The notes under the pieces are model-generated. The model was not told where the DNA came from, did not search any database, and saw only the letters and a program-made list of their open reading frames with translations. Made by a program: the position numbers and the translations under genes. Below are positions 24,759 to 37,004 of a stretch of DNA of 64,000 bases, piece after piece. The DNA lies in assembly GCA_010015585.1 (NCBI GenBank), contig ML975149.1, one strand, 5' to 3'. This stretch comes from Eremomyces bilateralis CBS 781.70 (Eukaryota). Each line of letters opens with the position of its first letter. Position 1 is the stretch's first letter.

Positions 24759-26558
24759 ATGTCGCATCGGGATGCCACGGGTTCTGGCGCCACTCCTGGT
24801 ACCTCGTCTGGATATGATTTGCCACGCATTCCAAAGTTCGACGGATCACTCTCACAAAGTCAGGCCCCGTCCATTAGCGGAATGGCATCAGCAGCTTCCT
24901 CACGCCCAGTGAGTGTGGAGCGGAGCGTCGAGCCAATCTTCCTGGCGCCAATCGACCGTGGAGTAAGCCCAGCAATGTCGGATGGACAGAGGAGCTCTGG
25001 GAGCCGGTCGATTGGGGTACATTCGATGTTGAATCCGTCTAGCGAAGACCAGACGGGACAACATGGGAGGCGACGGAGTGCTGCGCAGATGGAAGCGTCC
25101 TCAACCGAGACAACACCATATTTACTCCCCAGGCCTCTGAGCCGCATGCCTAGCGAGGAAAGCGCCATGAGCGATATATCGCCGGTTAAATTTGAATCCA
25201 GAGCAAATGGGGACGGGAGAAAGATTTTGACGCCACGATCTCCGACCGTTCGCCGTGGCCCGTTGGGCCAACCTACAGGGTCCATCGACGCACATCAGAC
25301 TCCGTTTATTACCGCAGGTAGCGGACGAAGCTTTCCGGAGCCCGTCCCGTCTCAACCACTTCTCGCTTCTATATCTGGATACCGCCAATCCCACTTTCCA
25401 CTACCGAAGGCACCGACTCCACCTCTGGCTCATAGTCGTCGTCCCAGTCTCGGCATCATTCCTTCTTCCGCGGCCGCCAGCCCAGGCGCTAGCACCAACT
25501 ACTCTTCCTACAGCCAAGGACAGACTTCTCCAGCAACGCCATATGGTGCGCATTCCAACAACCCGACCCCACCCGGATCCTTCCAGTTGGGCCCCACTCC
25601 CGCTGGCCCCCTGAGTGCTATTCCTCATCAAGGACTCGATCAATCCTCATCAGCGCATCCTTCACGTTCCTATCCTGGCACTCCAACCTACCGTCACAAT
25701 TCCATCCCAGTCGCGGCCGCGTCCCAATCGATCCAAGTGTTCACCATATCCACCGCCAAGGGACCCGTTCAAGTTCCAGTCGACGTGCAGGCGGCCTCCC
25801 GAGTCGCGGATGAAAAACGCCGCCGGAACGCGGGAGCCTCTGCTCGATTCCGCGCACGTCGCAAGGAGAAAGAGAGGGAGGCTAGCACAACGATCTCGAG
25901 GCTCGAGCAACGACTGCGAGATGCGCTGGAGGATGCTGAATTTTACCGCTCGGAAAGGGATTTCTTAGTAGAGGCGGTGTGCCGAGTTCCTGGAGGTGCA
26001 AGGGAATTCTTTCCCCGACCCGAGTCTCCTTGCAGAAACCGGAGAGAAGTTTCCGCAACCCCCACCGGGGAAGACCGAACGGATGACGGATCTACTAGTC
26101 CGCCTCCGTATGAGGTTTCGGCCAGGGAAAGAGAAAGAGAACGACGAAGAGATGCCGATGCAGCAAGGAAAGGCGAAGAGAGGAACACCCGAAGGAGAAC
26201 AGAGGGATACGACGCTCCGCAAGGAACCATTGAGATCTATCCCAGCGATGACAAGCAACCGTTATACTCAGCATCTCACCCACTCCAGCATCCCTCGCCG
26301 CATTCGCATCCTGTAAGCCACGAGCCGTCGCAGCACCCCTCATTCGCTCCCCAATTGCCTGCTTATCAGGACCGGTATCCGAACCACTTGTCCCAGTCGG
26401 TGCCACGGTACGGAGCACCTCCACCTGCATTCGCACGCCATGCGCAGGCGCATGATACATCGGCATCCCAACCGAGGCAGCCCAATCCTAATTCCGGTGG
26501 ACGAACGGACCGATCCGCTGATGGGGGGTACCCCTCGTATGGCAAAGAAGCGCGGTAG
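24759..26558 (+). CDS. bZIP transcription factor (VDVQAAS...EKRRRNAGASARFR type)
   Basis: Basic region ADEKRRRNAGASARFRARRKEKE with heptad ISRLEQRLRDALEDAEFYRSERDFL, and a long S/P-rich N-terminus. First ATG is at 24759, but the frame is open from 24513. Confidence 0.9.
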   Translation: MSHRDATGSGATPGTSSGYDLPRIPKFDGSLSQSQAPSISGMASAASSRPVSVERSVEPIFLAPIDRGVSPAMSDGQRSSGSRSIGVHSMLNPSSEDQTGQHGRRRSAAQMEASSTETTPYLLPRPLSRMPSEESAMSDISPVKFESRANGDGRKILTPRSPTVRRGPLGQPTGSIDAHQTPFITAGSGRSFPEPVPSQPLLASISGYRQSHFPLPKAPTPPLAHSRRPSLGIIPSSAAASPGASTNYSSYSQGQTSPATPYGAHSNNPTPPGSFQLGPTPAGPLSAIPHQGLDQSSSAHPSRSYPGTPTYRHNSIPVAAASQSIQVFTISTAKGPVQVPVDVQAASRVADEKRRRNAGASARFRARRKEKEREASTTISRLEQRLRDALEDAEFYRSERDFLVEAVCRVPGGAREFFPRPESPCRNRREVSATPTGEDRTDDGSTSPPPYEVSARERERERRRDADAARKGEERNTRRRTEGYDAPQGTIEIYPSDDKQPLYSASHPLQHPSPHSHPVSHEPSQHPSFAPQLPAYQDRYPNHLSQSVPRYGAPPPAFARHAQAHDTSASQPRQPNPNSGGRTDRSADGGYPSYGKEAR

Positions 26559-27828
26559 CTCCCGCCGGAACGTATCTCCCCCTGCTTACTCCGAAATTTT
26601 CCTCTCTGTACAATCTGATTCTGGCGACATTTTGCGCGGCCGTTGCTTTCTGAACACTCGATACACACCGCTGCTGTGCGTCTTGAAGTTTCCGCGATAT
26701 ATACCCGTTCCCGCATTCCGCAGGACAAGTCCCTCCATCGAGCGTATCCTTTCATTACTGCAAGATGCCATAATTCTCCGGCACTTTCGTTTTTCGTTCG
26801 TTTTCCTTAGCGTTCTGGCGGCATTTTGCGATTCCTGGCATTCCATCCTGCAACCATCCTCCTTGTGGACAGTACTGAAGGAGCGATTTTGGGGGCACAG
26901 ATTCGCCGTTGCATCTGGGGAGTTTTCGTCCGAAGTGGACACGGCGCTTTTCATACGTTCCCCACTGGTGGAATTATTACTAGACTTTGTTTTAGATCTC
27001 GCGATCGGATTTTCATACTATACCTATACCTCATTGTTGGGGGTTGGCTATTGGGTCTGGATGGATTCTGCTTATCCGCTTGTGGCAATCTGGACGAGAC
27101 AGATAGTGTTGCGGCGATGTACAGATTGGTATTTATGGGAAGCGCAGTGGGAACGCTGATGAGGCGCTATGTTAGATGTCGAGGGTGGATATGATATTTC
27201 CAAGCGAACGGGGGTAATATTCACACAAAGGATATCCCCCAGAGTAGAGGGTGAAGCTGTCAGCGATACACAGGCAGAACCTCCCAGGTGATATGCATGT
27301 GTACCGATGGATACTGCAACCCTCGACTCAATGTATTATGGAGGCAGATACGGCTAGTGATTCCAGGTGTACCTTATCAATTTAGTAATACAAAGTGATC
27401 CTCTTGGTTTAGAGTATGATTATGTGAGAATCCGAATACCGTGACCCTGTACGAGGAATGAAGATGAAATGAACGGATTGATATCTACCAACCACGCAAC
27501 GTACTATGTAATCGAAATGGAGGATGCCTCCATGCATGGAGTTAAGGCAACAAGGCAATTTACTGACTCCACGCGATTCCGATTTCACATATCATCCGAC
27601 AGGATCTCCTCCACCTCCGCATGCGGGTGATATATTGATATATAAGCTACAGCACACACGGTTCGCTCAGTAGTCAACACGAACATCCAATAATCGAAAG
27701 TTCGTGATACCCAACACGAAACAGTACAGACCCCATCTTATCCCGCCGTTTATCCCTATCGCGCTCACATCCCGCGATGCACCCGCCCCTTATATCGAGA
27801 TAGATCCCCCCCGACGCGAGCCAGAGTG

Positions 27829-29025
27829 ATGAGCAATGAGCGCACCGCACCCCCTTCGCATGCGATCCCGAGAGACGGTCCCCACGCATCCTCACCGGCG
27901 GCACCAAGCCGGTCTATCGTCGCCGGTAACAATCAGAGCCATGGCGCTGCACGGGCGAGGGCCAAGGCGGAGGCGAAGAGGTTAGAACAACTGGAGCATC
28001 TAGTACGGTCGTATGACCTGTTGATATACTCAGAATTGGCTGTGGTTTATTGCATGGAGTAAGTAGGTTTCCGCTATTGTTTCTTGACCGTCAGGACTAT
28101 CGCACCAACAGGCCACTGGCCTGCGTATCGCACCGAAAGAACGTATTGAGTCGGACATTATGCTAACATCACGTACAGCAACTCCTTCTTCGCCCTGTTC
28201 TTCCGTGCACTCGCTCAGCTCCTCTACCTATCCCCGAAACCGCCCTTCCTCTCCGAAAACCTCCCCGCCGCGACATCCCTCACAAGAACCACCTCGTCCG
28301 TAACCCCAGGCGGGAGCACCCCTTCCTCAGCCTCGACACCCGCGAACCCATTCGTAACCCCCCACCAATCCTCCCCGACTATCTCCGCGATCTTTATCAC
28401 GAATATCCTCTGCATGGTGCTTCATCTCTACTGCGCCCGCCCATCCGCGAGCGAAGCTGCGCGCGGCTATCTTCATGGCGGCCTCCTCATTGACTTCATC
28501 GGGCAGGAGGGTCCGATAAGCAAACTGAGTTTGTTGATGTTAGACTTTGCGATCATGGGGCTTCAAGTAATTATGCTGTCCGTGAATGGAGAAGTGAGGA
28601 GAGTGACGATGGAGCGCAAAGGAACAGTGTCTACTGGCGCAGCGACCCAGGTTTCCACTCAAGGAAACACGGCGCAGGACCACGATGCGGAAGAACGAGG
28701 AGAAATCCTAGGCGCGTCATCTTCCACCGCTGCTACTCCGTCAGCTGCTGCCATATCGACGCCGTCGACCACGTCAGAGCAATCAAACACTCTAGATGAC
28801 CCCTCCGCCGCCGACATGGACATTCTAGACGGGATTGTCTCAACCCAAACGCCTCTGGCAACATTCCGCTTCCTGTATGCGGCGAGGGAAGAATACAACG
28901 CCTACCAAGGTCCTTCCACAGGCATAAGCAGGCGGCCGGCGGCCGCTTCATTCTTGCAAGGACTTGCGGAACGGAGGAGAATGGTGTTGGTTCAAAGGGG
29001 GGCGGCGAGGAGTCTTACAGTTTAG
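27829..29025 (+). CDS. dsc4: DUF1746 protein, Dsc E3 ligase complex subunit Dsc4/DscD-like
   Basis: RSYDLLIYSELAVVYCMD|NSFFALFFRA (intron 28059-28178), NILCMVLHLY, RGYLHGGLLIDFIGQ, LDFAIMGLQVIM and QDHDAEERG. Confidence 0.85.
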
Positions 29026-29463
29026 CAATGTCCTCTAAAGAACGATATGATCACACAGGTTGGGAATTCAGGCTTCTGGATAGAACCTAGAACGACCACC
29101 GTGCGAACGACGTTGAACCCCAGTGTGTCGCTTGTGGTATGGTTGTGGACATGAGCTAATTGAGCCGTTGCGTTGTATAATATAGAATTCAGCGGGTCGT
29201 TATTTGGTGGTGGATGAGTTTGCACTGTTGTATAAGCAGACATTTCCAGGAAAGGAAAATAAAGTACCGAAGCCACGAATTCTTTAGAATTGCATTATTT
29301 ACAGTTCGTTAGGAGTCTGGCGTTTCTGGCCATAATTGGATATCGATTTGCAGTTGCCAACACTGCTGCAACTGTACTATACTAGCTAACCCGGAACACA
29401 ACCTACACTGCGCCGATAATAATTCACACTCCCAAGACCTTTCCATCAGTTCAAGTTCGCCCC

Positions 29464-30513
29464 TCATTGTGCTGACTTCTTCCAGCTTCCGGTCTTCTGA
29501 ATCCGCTTGACTGCCTTCCTCATTTCCCATTGTGTGAACGTGGCAACCGAGCCCCTGATTGGTGGCGGGATCATACGATAGGTGATCCGGAAGTATCCCA
29601 TGCTATATTTATATAGGCGCTGTTGCTTCTTAGTCCACGGCAACTCATACTCATTCCGCATCCGCTCGGGTAGGAAGGCGGTCGTCCACAGCCTGAGGAG
29701 GGGGGAGGCAGCAGACATTGGAAACGGGACCTTCGGCCACATGAGAGCTTTCATCAGCGTCTTTGCCCAGTGCGTGACTTCGAGGGTTTCGATGTTGTGG
29801 TTCCAGTATACCCAGAAGTCATCCAGCGTCTTGGGCCACATCTCGGTGGGCATTCGGAGCGAGGTCGCGTAGACGGAAGTCTCCCGGAACAGTGCCTCCA
29901 CCTTCCACTGCGGGATCTTATCCTTTCCCCAGACCGCTTCGTGCACGACCAGGAGCGACATGAACAGTGTCGCCGCTGTCCACTTGTGCAGCTCCGGGTC
30001 GTCGGCATAGTATCCGTCTCCTTTGACGACGGAATGAGCCCGATGAATAATGCCGAAGACCGCCTTCCGTTCTTCCGGGGTGCCGAAGACGCAGGCAGTG
30101 AGGAATCGGGTAGTCGTCTTGAGACGGTTGAGGATGCGGTCGGCGAACTCGCTATGCTCGAGCGAGCCTCTGGCGAGGCCGGGGTGGGCGAACTGAAGGA
30201 GAATGGCGTATTGTCCTCCGGCGAAGAAGCAGGGCTCTCCGACGAACTCCTTGAGCACATGGGGCTCTTTCACTGGATCGTACAGCACAATGGGCTGCAT
30301 GCCCGGGTAGCCTTTCTCTGAGTCCCCAGGGGTGGAAGGCTTCTCAGAGGGCGTCGACTCTGTTTTCTCAGTAGGAGTCGTCTCGGTTTGCTCAGTGGGA
30401 ATCGTCTCGGTTTTCTCAGCGGTGGTCGTCTCGGTTTGCTCAGTGGTGGTCGTCTCGGGTTTCTCAGTGGTCACCGCCACGGGTTTCTCGGTGGTTATCG
30501 TCTCGGTAGCCAT
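29464..30513 (-). CDS. ER-bound oxygenase MpaB/MpaB'/rubber oxygenase (Lcp)-like catalytic domain protein (DUF2236)
   Basis: AGGQYAILLQFAHPGLARG..EHS, RLKTT, HRAHSVVKG, YYADDPELHKWTAATL and LPERMRNEYELPW. Intronless, 349 aa. Confidence 0.88.
   Translation of the reverse strand: MATETITTEKPVAVTTEKPETTTTEQTETTTAEKTETIPTEQTETTPTEKTESTPSEKPSTPGDSEKGYPGMQPIVLYDPVKEPHVLKEFVGEPCFFAGGQYAILLQFAHPGLARGSLEHSEFADRILNRLKTTTRFLTACVFGTPEERKAVFGIIHRAHSVVKGDGYYADDPELHKWTAATLFMSLLVVHEAVWGKDKIPQWKVEALFRETSVYATSLRMPTEMWPKTLDDFWVYWNHNIETLEVTHWAKTLMKALMWPKVPFPMSAASPLLRLWTTAFLPERMRNEYELPWTKKQQRLYKYSMGYFRITYRMIPPPIRGSVATFTQWEMRKAVKRIQKTGSWKKSAQ
30333..30505 (-). repeat. Coding 24-bp minisatellite (about 7 units) encoding (T/P)TE(K/Q)(T/P)ETT
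   Basis: Translates as TTEKPVAV TTEKPETT TTEQTETT TAEKTETI PTEQTETT PTEKTEST PSEKPST, with matching 24-nt periodicity in the DNA. Confidence 0.85.
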
Positions 30514-33132
30514 TCTCTTCCAGTCCAGCTCTTCGAATATCGACGGAGAGAACGATAGTGATAGTCAGAACTAAGCCAAAAAATCAGTCAGGGCGACAGG
30601 ACCGTAGTATCAGACTGGATCCCCCAGTTCCCACCCCGCATCCCCAGATTTCTTATACTCACAGACCCCCACCGAGGCAGGCATGTGAGCGCATGTGGTG
30701 GAGTATTTCGCCATCTGCCTAGGGCATAAATCTTTCGATTTGGACGTTGATAGTGTATATTTGGCGGGGTTTCGCGCCGATGAGGCTCATATTGCTGGTG
30801 TTAGCCTGTCCACGGAATCGGGAGGGACGACCCCCGAGAGGATGCCTGTGTCGATGTTCTACCTGTCTAGTATAAATAGCGTTACGCCGTTGTTTTCGAC
30901 TTCAGGATGGCATGGGATCCGTGGTGGAGGAAGTTTGAAATCCCTGGCCGATAGATCGGATGTCTTGTCGAGCCGTAGCCGTCACCCAGAAATGTGTTAG
31001 CGTTATGGGCAGTTGGGCTATCAGCCTATCAACAGTAGTACCCCCCACATCGCTGGGCAGCGAAGATAATAATTTCAAAATCAATTCTTCCTTCGTCATA
31101 CAACAAGCTCTTTCGAATATTAATTAGAACTCTAGTCCCTTGGGTTTTCCATCATAAAATCGCTCCCAAGTCAGAGCAGGGCAGTAGGGTCAAGCTCGTC
31201 AAAACAGCTTTGGGAACCACGATGCCGCTGTGAAAACGAGGGGGCACTTTCATAAGACATCCAGCCGACTTTCTCATGGGAGATCTGAAATGAGATAGAC
31301 CTGGCGCATCCTAGAGAAATAATGAGGATATATCATAATATCATGTCCTTTCTTCACCTTTAATGGCCGCAGGAAGTTCCTCAATTCTTTGTTCAGCGGA
31401 CTCCTGAAGTCATGAGTCGCGAATGTCGGCTTTACCAGGTTCACGCGAGTCATTTCCTCACTAGCTATTAATCACTGCGACTTCATTAACAACTTCAACA
31501 TCAACAATCGTCCCGCCAATGATACTAACACTTATATCTAATTCTATCGGTCCGCATTTTCTGTGCATTGCCTCAAGACTTAGAAATGATCTGAATAAAC
31601 ACACGAGAGAGACAGATATTGAGCTGCCGGATTACCATGTGGGCATGTAAGCATGCCGCGTGATCAAGCTATTAACTGGAAGTACTTAATTAGCTAACTA
31701 CCACATTGGCAACTTATCCACGCCCTGTCTATTTCATGTTGTTTCTTCCATTGGGAGAACATTTGCGTACTGTCTATTCTGATTTGGTCCCTGGGACGCT
31801 CGGAACCCAGGAGAATATTGGACTCAGGCAGCTCTCCACTATCGTGAACATAACAATCTCATGTAGCCATTCAGTATGGCTGTCATGTATCTCAGGGTAT
31901 AACAGCCATTTCCATCTGAGACTCCAAGTCATTACCTAATCAAGTCCTCATTGCGTTTACTGTATCTTTCGTCTGTGGTCCTAACCAAACCCTTATAATG
32001 CATTTCTCGTCGACTTCTGCCCTTCTCCATCCTCGCATCAGTTTCATTTGCCTCAACGTTTGCGTTTGCGAGCATATTTTTTACTGTTCCACGATGTCCA
32101 TAATACAGCGTCGGATAGTCTGGATCGGGCTTGGACTCTATCAGTGGCCCTAACACATCAGAGTAGCTGAGTGAAGTCGCTACTTACCGGGAGCATTAAT
32201 GCCAGTCGAGAAGCGTCTGAGCGGGCTGATGAAGTTGACCGCACTACTGTTAAGGAGATGTAGCCAAAGTACGTCTCTTTGCAGAACTGGCGCAAGCATG
32301 GTTCGAACCTGTGACCTTACACGTTGTTACCGGATATTCGCTTACATATAACACTTGATGTACCTTTTGAAACCAGGTATCAGTCAGCTGTCCCTCAAAA
32401 CAGGCCGTCGAAACTCACTCGACATTCACTTGGCATCAAAAGCAAAAACTGACCTCACCTTTTTGGGTGGGTGAAGAAAGTTAACCATCTCGCAAGCCCC
32501 AGGTGCCTGTTCCATGGCACTGGTATTTTTTTTGGCTGTACTTGATCCGCATCAGTCATTAAACCAATATGATCACTTCCACTAAGAGTTTAAATTGCCA
32601 GGTTTAAATATATAACTACTGCATTTAATTCACTTCCTAACTATGCATGGGATTGGCTCGCCTTGTGTTTGCATCTACAGAGATTGCTAAAACCGATGAC
32701 CCACATGGAGATGAAAGACCTTATCTGCGTCGATCGCCTATCTGGCGACTTCATTGATAAAATTGACGGTACAGTAACTTGATTAGCGATGTCGACACCA
32801 ATGCCCCCGGCAGCCAAGTTTCGACCCCTCGGCGTGGATAAGAATCGGGAACGGAGGTTGGATTCTATATCCTTCTACACAGGCTTGTTGAAAGTGCTTC
32901 TAATGCATAGCAGTTCGGAGAAACACTCAGGGGACTAGACCATCACTGTCTGCCCTTTGGACTGACCGATGGTATTGATATATCATTAGTTAAGAAGAAT
33001 TTGCCATAGGTATCATAAAAATTGAGAGTGCTTCATAATTGAACCGCACACCAAACCCAGCTCCAACAAAACTCCATGCCAGAATAGAACATAAAAGAGA
33101 GAGAGTGGGAATCATGCTCGGTCCGACCTCGA

Positions 33133-34179
33133 CTATAGCCCTATGCGTGTGAACTCCTCGGTGAAGTACTCCCAGACCTTGTCCATCATTCCGTCTACGA
33201 TATAGTTCGCTATCAGCGTCTTTGTACCCTCATTTGCTTCACTGCCGTCCCAATCGATCATGTACGCTCCACTACCGGCCTTCCCGTCAACCCCCGTAGC
33301 AGGCTCGGTCTTCTTATCCTCTTGTACGCCCTGAAACCCAACTGCATTGCTGGGAGGGAACTTCGCACTTGTCCCTAGCCAGACATGCCTCTCGCCGGTC
33401 TCCTTGATCGAAAGCGTCTTCCCCATCCACGAAGCCAGCTTCATGGCAGCGCTCCCGACATAGTGTATCGCCACCTCCGTCAGGTTCCTTTTATTCCGCA
33501 GAATATTCGTATTCACCATTCCAGGGAACACATGAACGAAGCTCACCCCTTTCGCCTCCTCTTCCCTCGCGAGCTTTGCAAACACCAATGTCAGCATCGA
33601 AGCGAGGTGCCCTCGGATTTTCGAAATTGGGGTCCGGAGCAGAGACATGTCCATCTCGTCGATCGGTCCCTCCTTCGTCCCAGCAGCAATAAAAACAAGT
33701 CGCGCCAGCTCGCCCCGCTTGGCAGCGCTTCCAAGGGCGGGAAGAAGCTTTTTCGCCGCGCGCACCCTGCCAAAGAGCTGCAGTGCAAGATGGACGGGTA
33801 GACCCTCCTCATTTGGTTTCCGATCCAGCTCGAGTGTTCCGGCGGCTAGGTAGGCAACGTTGATTCCATGCTCTTTTTCGGCTTCGAGGATCTCGTTGCA
33901 CACACGATCGACTTCGCGCATCAAACCGCAGTCCGCTGCATAGAAAGAGAGTGTCGCGGATGGGTTTGACTTGGATATTTCGGAACGGATTTCATCGGCG
34001 GCAGAGGCAGAGCGGCCGACGAGATGGATTCGGGGAGAGAGATCGGTTGTTCGAGCTGCGAATTCGAGGAGGGTGGCACGCCCAATTCCGGATGTGCCAC
34101 CGAATACAACCAAGACTGGATTTTGATGAAGTGTGTTGACGAGGGCGTTAGAGGATTCGACGACCGAAAGCGACACCAT
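33133..34179 (-). CDS. Short-chain dehydrogenase/reductase (atypical fungal SDR)
   Basis: Rossmann motif VVFGGTSGIG, VGRS, SFVHVFPGMVNT and ETGERH. Intronless, 348 aa. Confidence 0.9.
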   Translation of the reverse strand: MVSLSVVESSNALVNTLHQNPVLVVFGGTSGIGRATLLEFAARTTDLSPRIHLVGRSASAADEIRSEISKSNPSATLSFYAADCGLMREVDRVCNEILEAEKEHGINVAYLAAGTLELDRKPNEEGLPVHLALQLFGRVRAAKKLLPALGSAAKRGELARLVFIAAGTKEGPIDEMDMSLLRTPISKIRGHLASMLTLVFAKLAREEEAKGVSFVHVFPGMVNTNILRNKRNLTEVAIHYVGSAAMKLASWMGKTLSIKETGERHVWLGTSAKFPPSNAVGFQGVQEDKKTEPATGVDGKAGSGAYMIDWDGSEANEGTKTLIANYIVDGMMDKVWEYFTEEFTRIGL

Positions 34180-34951
34180 TTTGGGCGCGTCGTTGAGAAA
34201 TGATTAGATTCGAGGGGTCGGAAAGATTTGAAGTGAACTTGAACTGAAGGACAGTGTGATTTAGAGGGACATGGAACCAACGCAGACATGCATGATATTA
34301 TAATACTTATTATCCCTTCGTTAATTAATGCTAATTAATGCTAATGGGCGTGGGGTGCGACCCAATTGCGACTCCCCCTGACTGAAGCACAACAGCAGGT
34401 CTGGTATCATAGTCGTGCCAGTCCTCACTAAGAATATTGAAGTTCCGGAGGAATGATAGCAATATTCAAGCAACTAGGCACCAACCACGACGCAATCGTT
34501 GCAGCGACGAAGTTGGTCGTTGGAGGTTCTGGCCGTAAGGTTCATGTCTTATGCGGATTTTGTGGTCATTAATCATTCAGATGAGGAGCGCCCACCGGGT
34601 GCGGACTCTGCGGACCCCGGAATGCTTGCAACGGGAGATAAAAAGAGTGCCCGTATCCGGGGATAATAGTAACACCGTGAAGTGACGCAAACTCGGCAGC
34701 GAGTCGGTGCATTTGACCTCCCGCAGGCTGAAGGCATAGAATCCCAATTTTGGTCTCGAGTTCGTCCACAGTTTGTCCGACGGCAAGCCGGGAGGAAGAG
34801 TGAAGAGCAAGAATACCAGTATGTAACTGATGAATGCCCAGCAGCTTCAGTAATAGTGTCTTCCAGTTTACGCAGGTAAATTTGTTCAGTATTAATATGG
34901 GTATTGGGCATTGAAGTGAAGGAAATACATGGTGGGTACGAGTTAAACAAG

Positions 34952-37004
34952 TTAAACAGTAAAGTCATCGAAATCCGTCGGTGCCTCTTTTCTTCCACCC
35001 ACATTGACCGTGTCGAAATCCGTCCCTGTCACGTTTGCAGCGTCCTCCAGCGTTTCTCTTCCGACCCAGCTGAGATATACTGTTTCGTGGACCTGAACCG
35101 GTGGTCCGGTACTGGGAGGGTCGCGATCGAATTCCGGTACTCGTTTGACGGTAAACACGGTGTTCGACTTTCGTTCGCGGTGCTTGGCGTAGCCCAGGAA
35201 TCCGAACCACCAGAGCGCACCGAACCCCAGGCAGGCCCAGGAGATCGTCGGTACGAGATACCAGGTGAGCGTGAGATGTGCCCGCCCGAAAAACCGGGCA
35301 GATGGCTTGATCCAAGACGCGATAACGGGGAATAGGTTGCCGATCGTGTAAATGAACGCTGTCAGCACACTCAAGAAAGGGTTGATCTTGGACGCCTTCT
35401 TCCGCCACTGTTCTTTCTTCTTGAAACGCAGGATAAGGATCCCCACGCCTACCATCGTGCCAAAAATGCCGTTCAGTAAATACGCTAACAAGCTTGTGAG
35501 TAGCGAGTACGAATTTTCAGGCGTGAGGCCCCAAGTGGCGAAGATCAAGATGAACGAAGTGAATAGATGAAGCGTCAGTGCACCGAATGGCGTCTTTTCG
35601 CTGTGGTCCTCTGGTCGGAGCCATCGGGACCTCAGCAAACGGAGGAATGGCTTAGGTGCCCAAGGGGCTCGCTGAGCCGAGCGAAGGATGCGACCAAGAG
35701 ACAGGTCAGAGTTGGAAGCGAAGAACTTGGCCCAAGGGATGATGCCTTCCTTCGCGATCTCTTGCTTGACGCGAGCCGCAGTGTACGTCATGACAATGAT
35801 GTTGCCTAGCGATGAAATTGCAAGGAACGCATTGAATACGCGGCCTCCGGTATTATCTTCGGTGAGCGCTCCAAAGGTAAGTTCGAAGAAGGTGAGGGCC
35901 ACAGATTCGCCTTGAACTTGCAATTCCTTTGGGACGACCACCATGTAGCAGATATTGACTGCGAAGTACAATACACAGACCAAGGATACTGCGGTGATCA
36001 TCCCTAGTGGATATTTGCGATGAGGTCTCCCGATTTCTCCGAGAACATAGTTGGGTTGTTCAAAGCCATTAAAGGCGTAGACTGGCTCTTGTTAACACTT
36101 TCCAGGCCCAGGGGGGATAGAAGTAGCTCACTGATTGAAAGGAATGCTTGTGCGTAACCGCTGGCTTCCGATGAAGAGCTCTTGAAAGAGGTTGAAGCTC
36201 CGAGATTCAGATTCACCGTGTCCTGTCGGTTTATTCCCGTTGTCTCAGGAAATCCGCCTGCTCCGTAGATGATAGCCGCAATGATGATGAGGAGTAACAT
36301 GCAAATCTTGACAACTGCAAGAAGATTGTTAAGCCAGATGCCGCCTCTCCGGGAGAAAGTATGGATGAAGCAAGCAAAAATCGAGACGGCGATAGCGATG
36401 CCCCTCACCGCGCCATTGGAAGGGTCCTGAACGTTTGCGGCCTGCATGATACGGATTGCAAAGGACATAGCATTTCCTGCCATATTGCCAAAGATGATGA
36501 ACGAGACTCCGAACAATGTTGCGGAGAGCAACACCGTCTTCGCTCTGTACGCGGGCTTCGTGAAAACATATGACAACTATACTTGTCAGAACCAAGCCAG
36601 CCGGATTTCAAAGCTTTACTCACGTAATTCAAGTCACCGCCGCTTCGCGGTACGCCCTGCTCAACGCCTTCGTAGGCGCGACGAGGAACATTCAGTCCGT
36701 ATTCGATGTAGACGTGCACCCCGCAGAGAGCATATATAATCCCAGCAAACCAAAACATCAGCGTTGCTCCTGTGCTACCGGTGCCCTGCATTGCGCGCGA
36801 AGGAGTCTGGAAGATGCCGGTACCAATCATTCGATTGAATACAAGTCCCATAACAGACCAGACTCCTAAACGAAATCGCTCTTCAGGGGCTTCCGTGATG
36901 ATCGCATCCAGGTCGAGGTCGCCGAAGGGGTCATCTTCGCTGCTGTGTTCCGACCCGACTCTTCCAACCCTCCCGACAGGATCGTGTGTGTCGAAGTCGG
37001 TCAT
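34952..37004 (-). CDS. APC-family amino-acid permease (high-affinity methionine permease/Mup1-like)
   Basis: NRMIGTGIF, EYGLNVP, VPRSGGDLNY, YAFNGFEQPNYVLGEI and RVKQEIAKEGIIP, with many TM helices. Introns at 36623-36577 and about 36131-36083. Confidence 0.92.

Noticed and set aside
26440..27159. 239-aa ORF overlapping the bZIP 3' end
   Set aside because: It is an alternative frame running into pyrimidine-rich 3' UTR-like sequence with no motif.
32288..32330. tRNA-like 3' half on the minus strand (AAGGTCACAGGTTCGAACCATGCTTGCGCCA)
   Set aside because: The T-stem has mismatches and no matching acceptor stem or D-arm/A-box is found. At most a relic or chance B-box; tRNAscan-SE would settle it.
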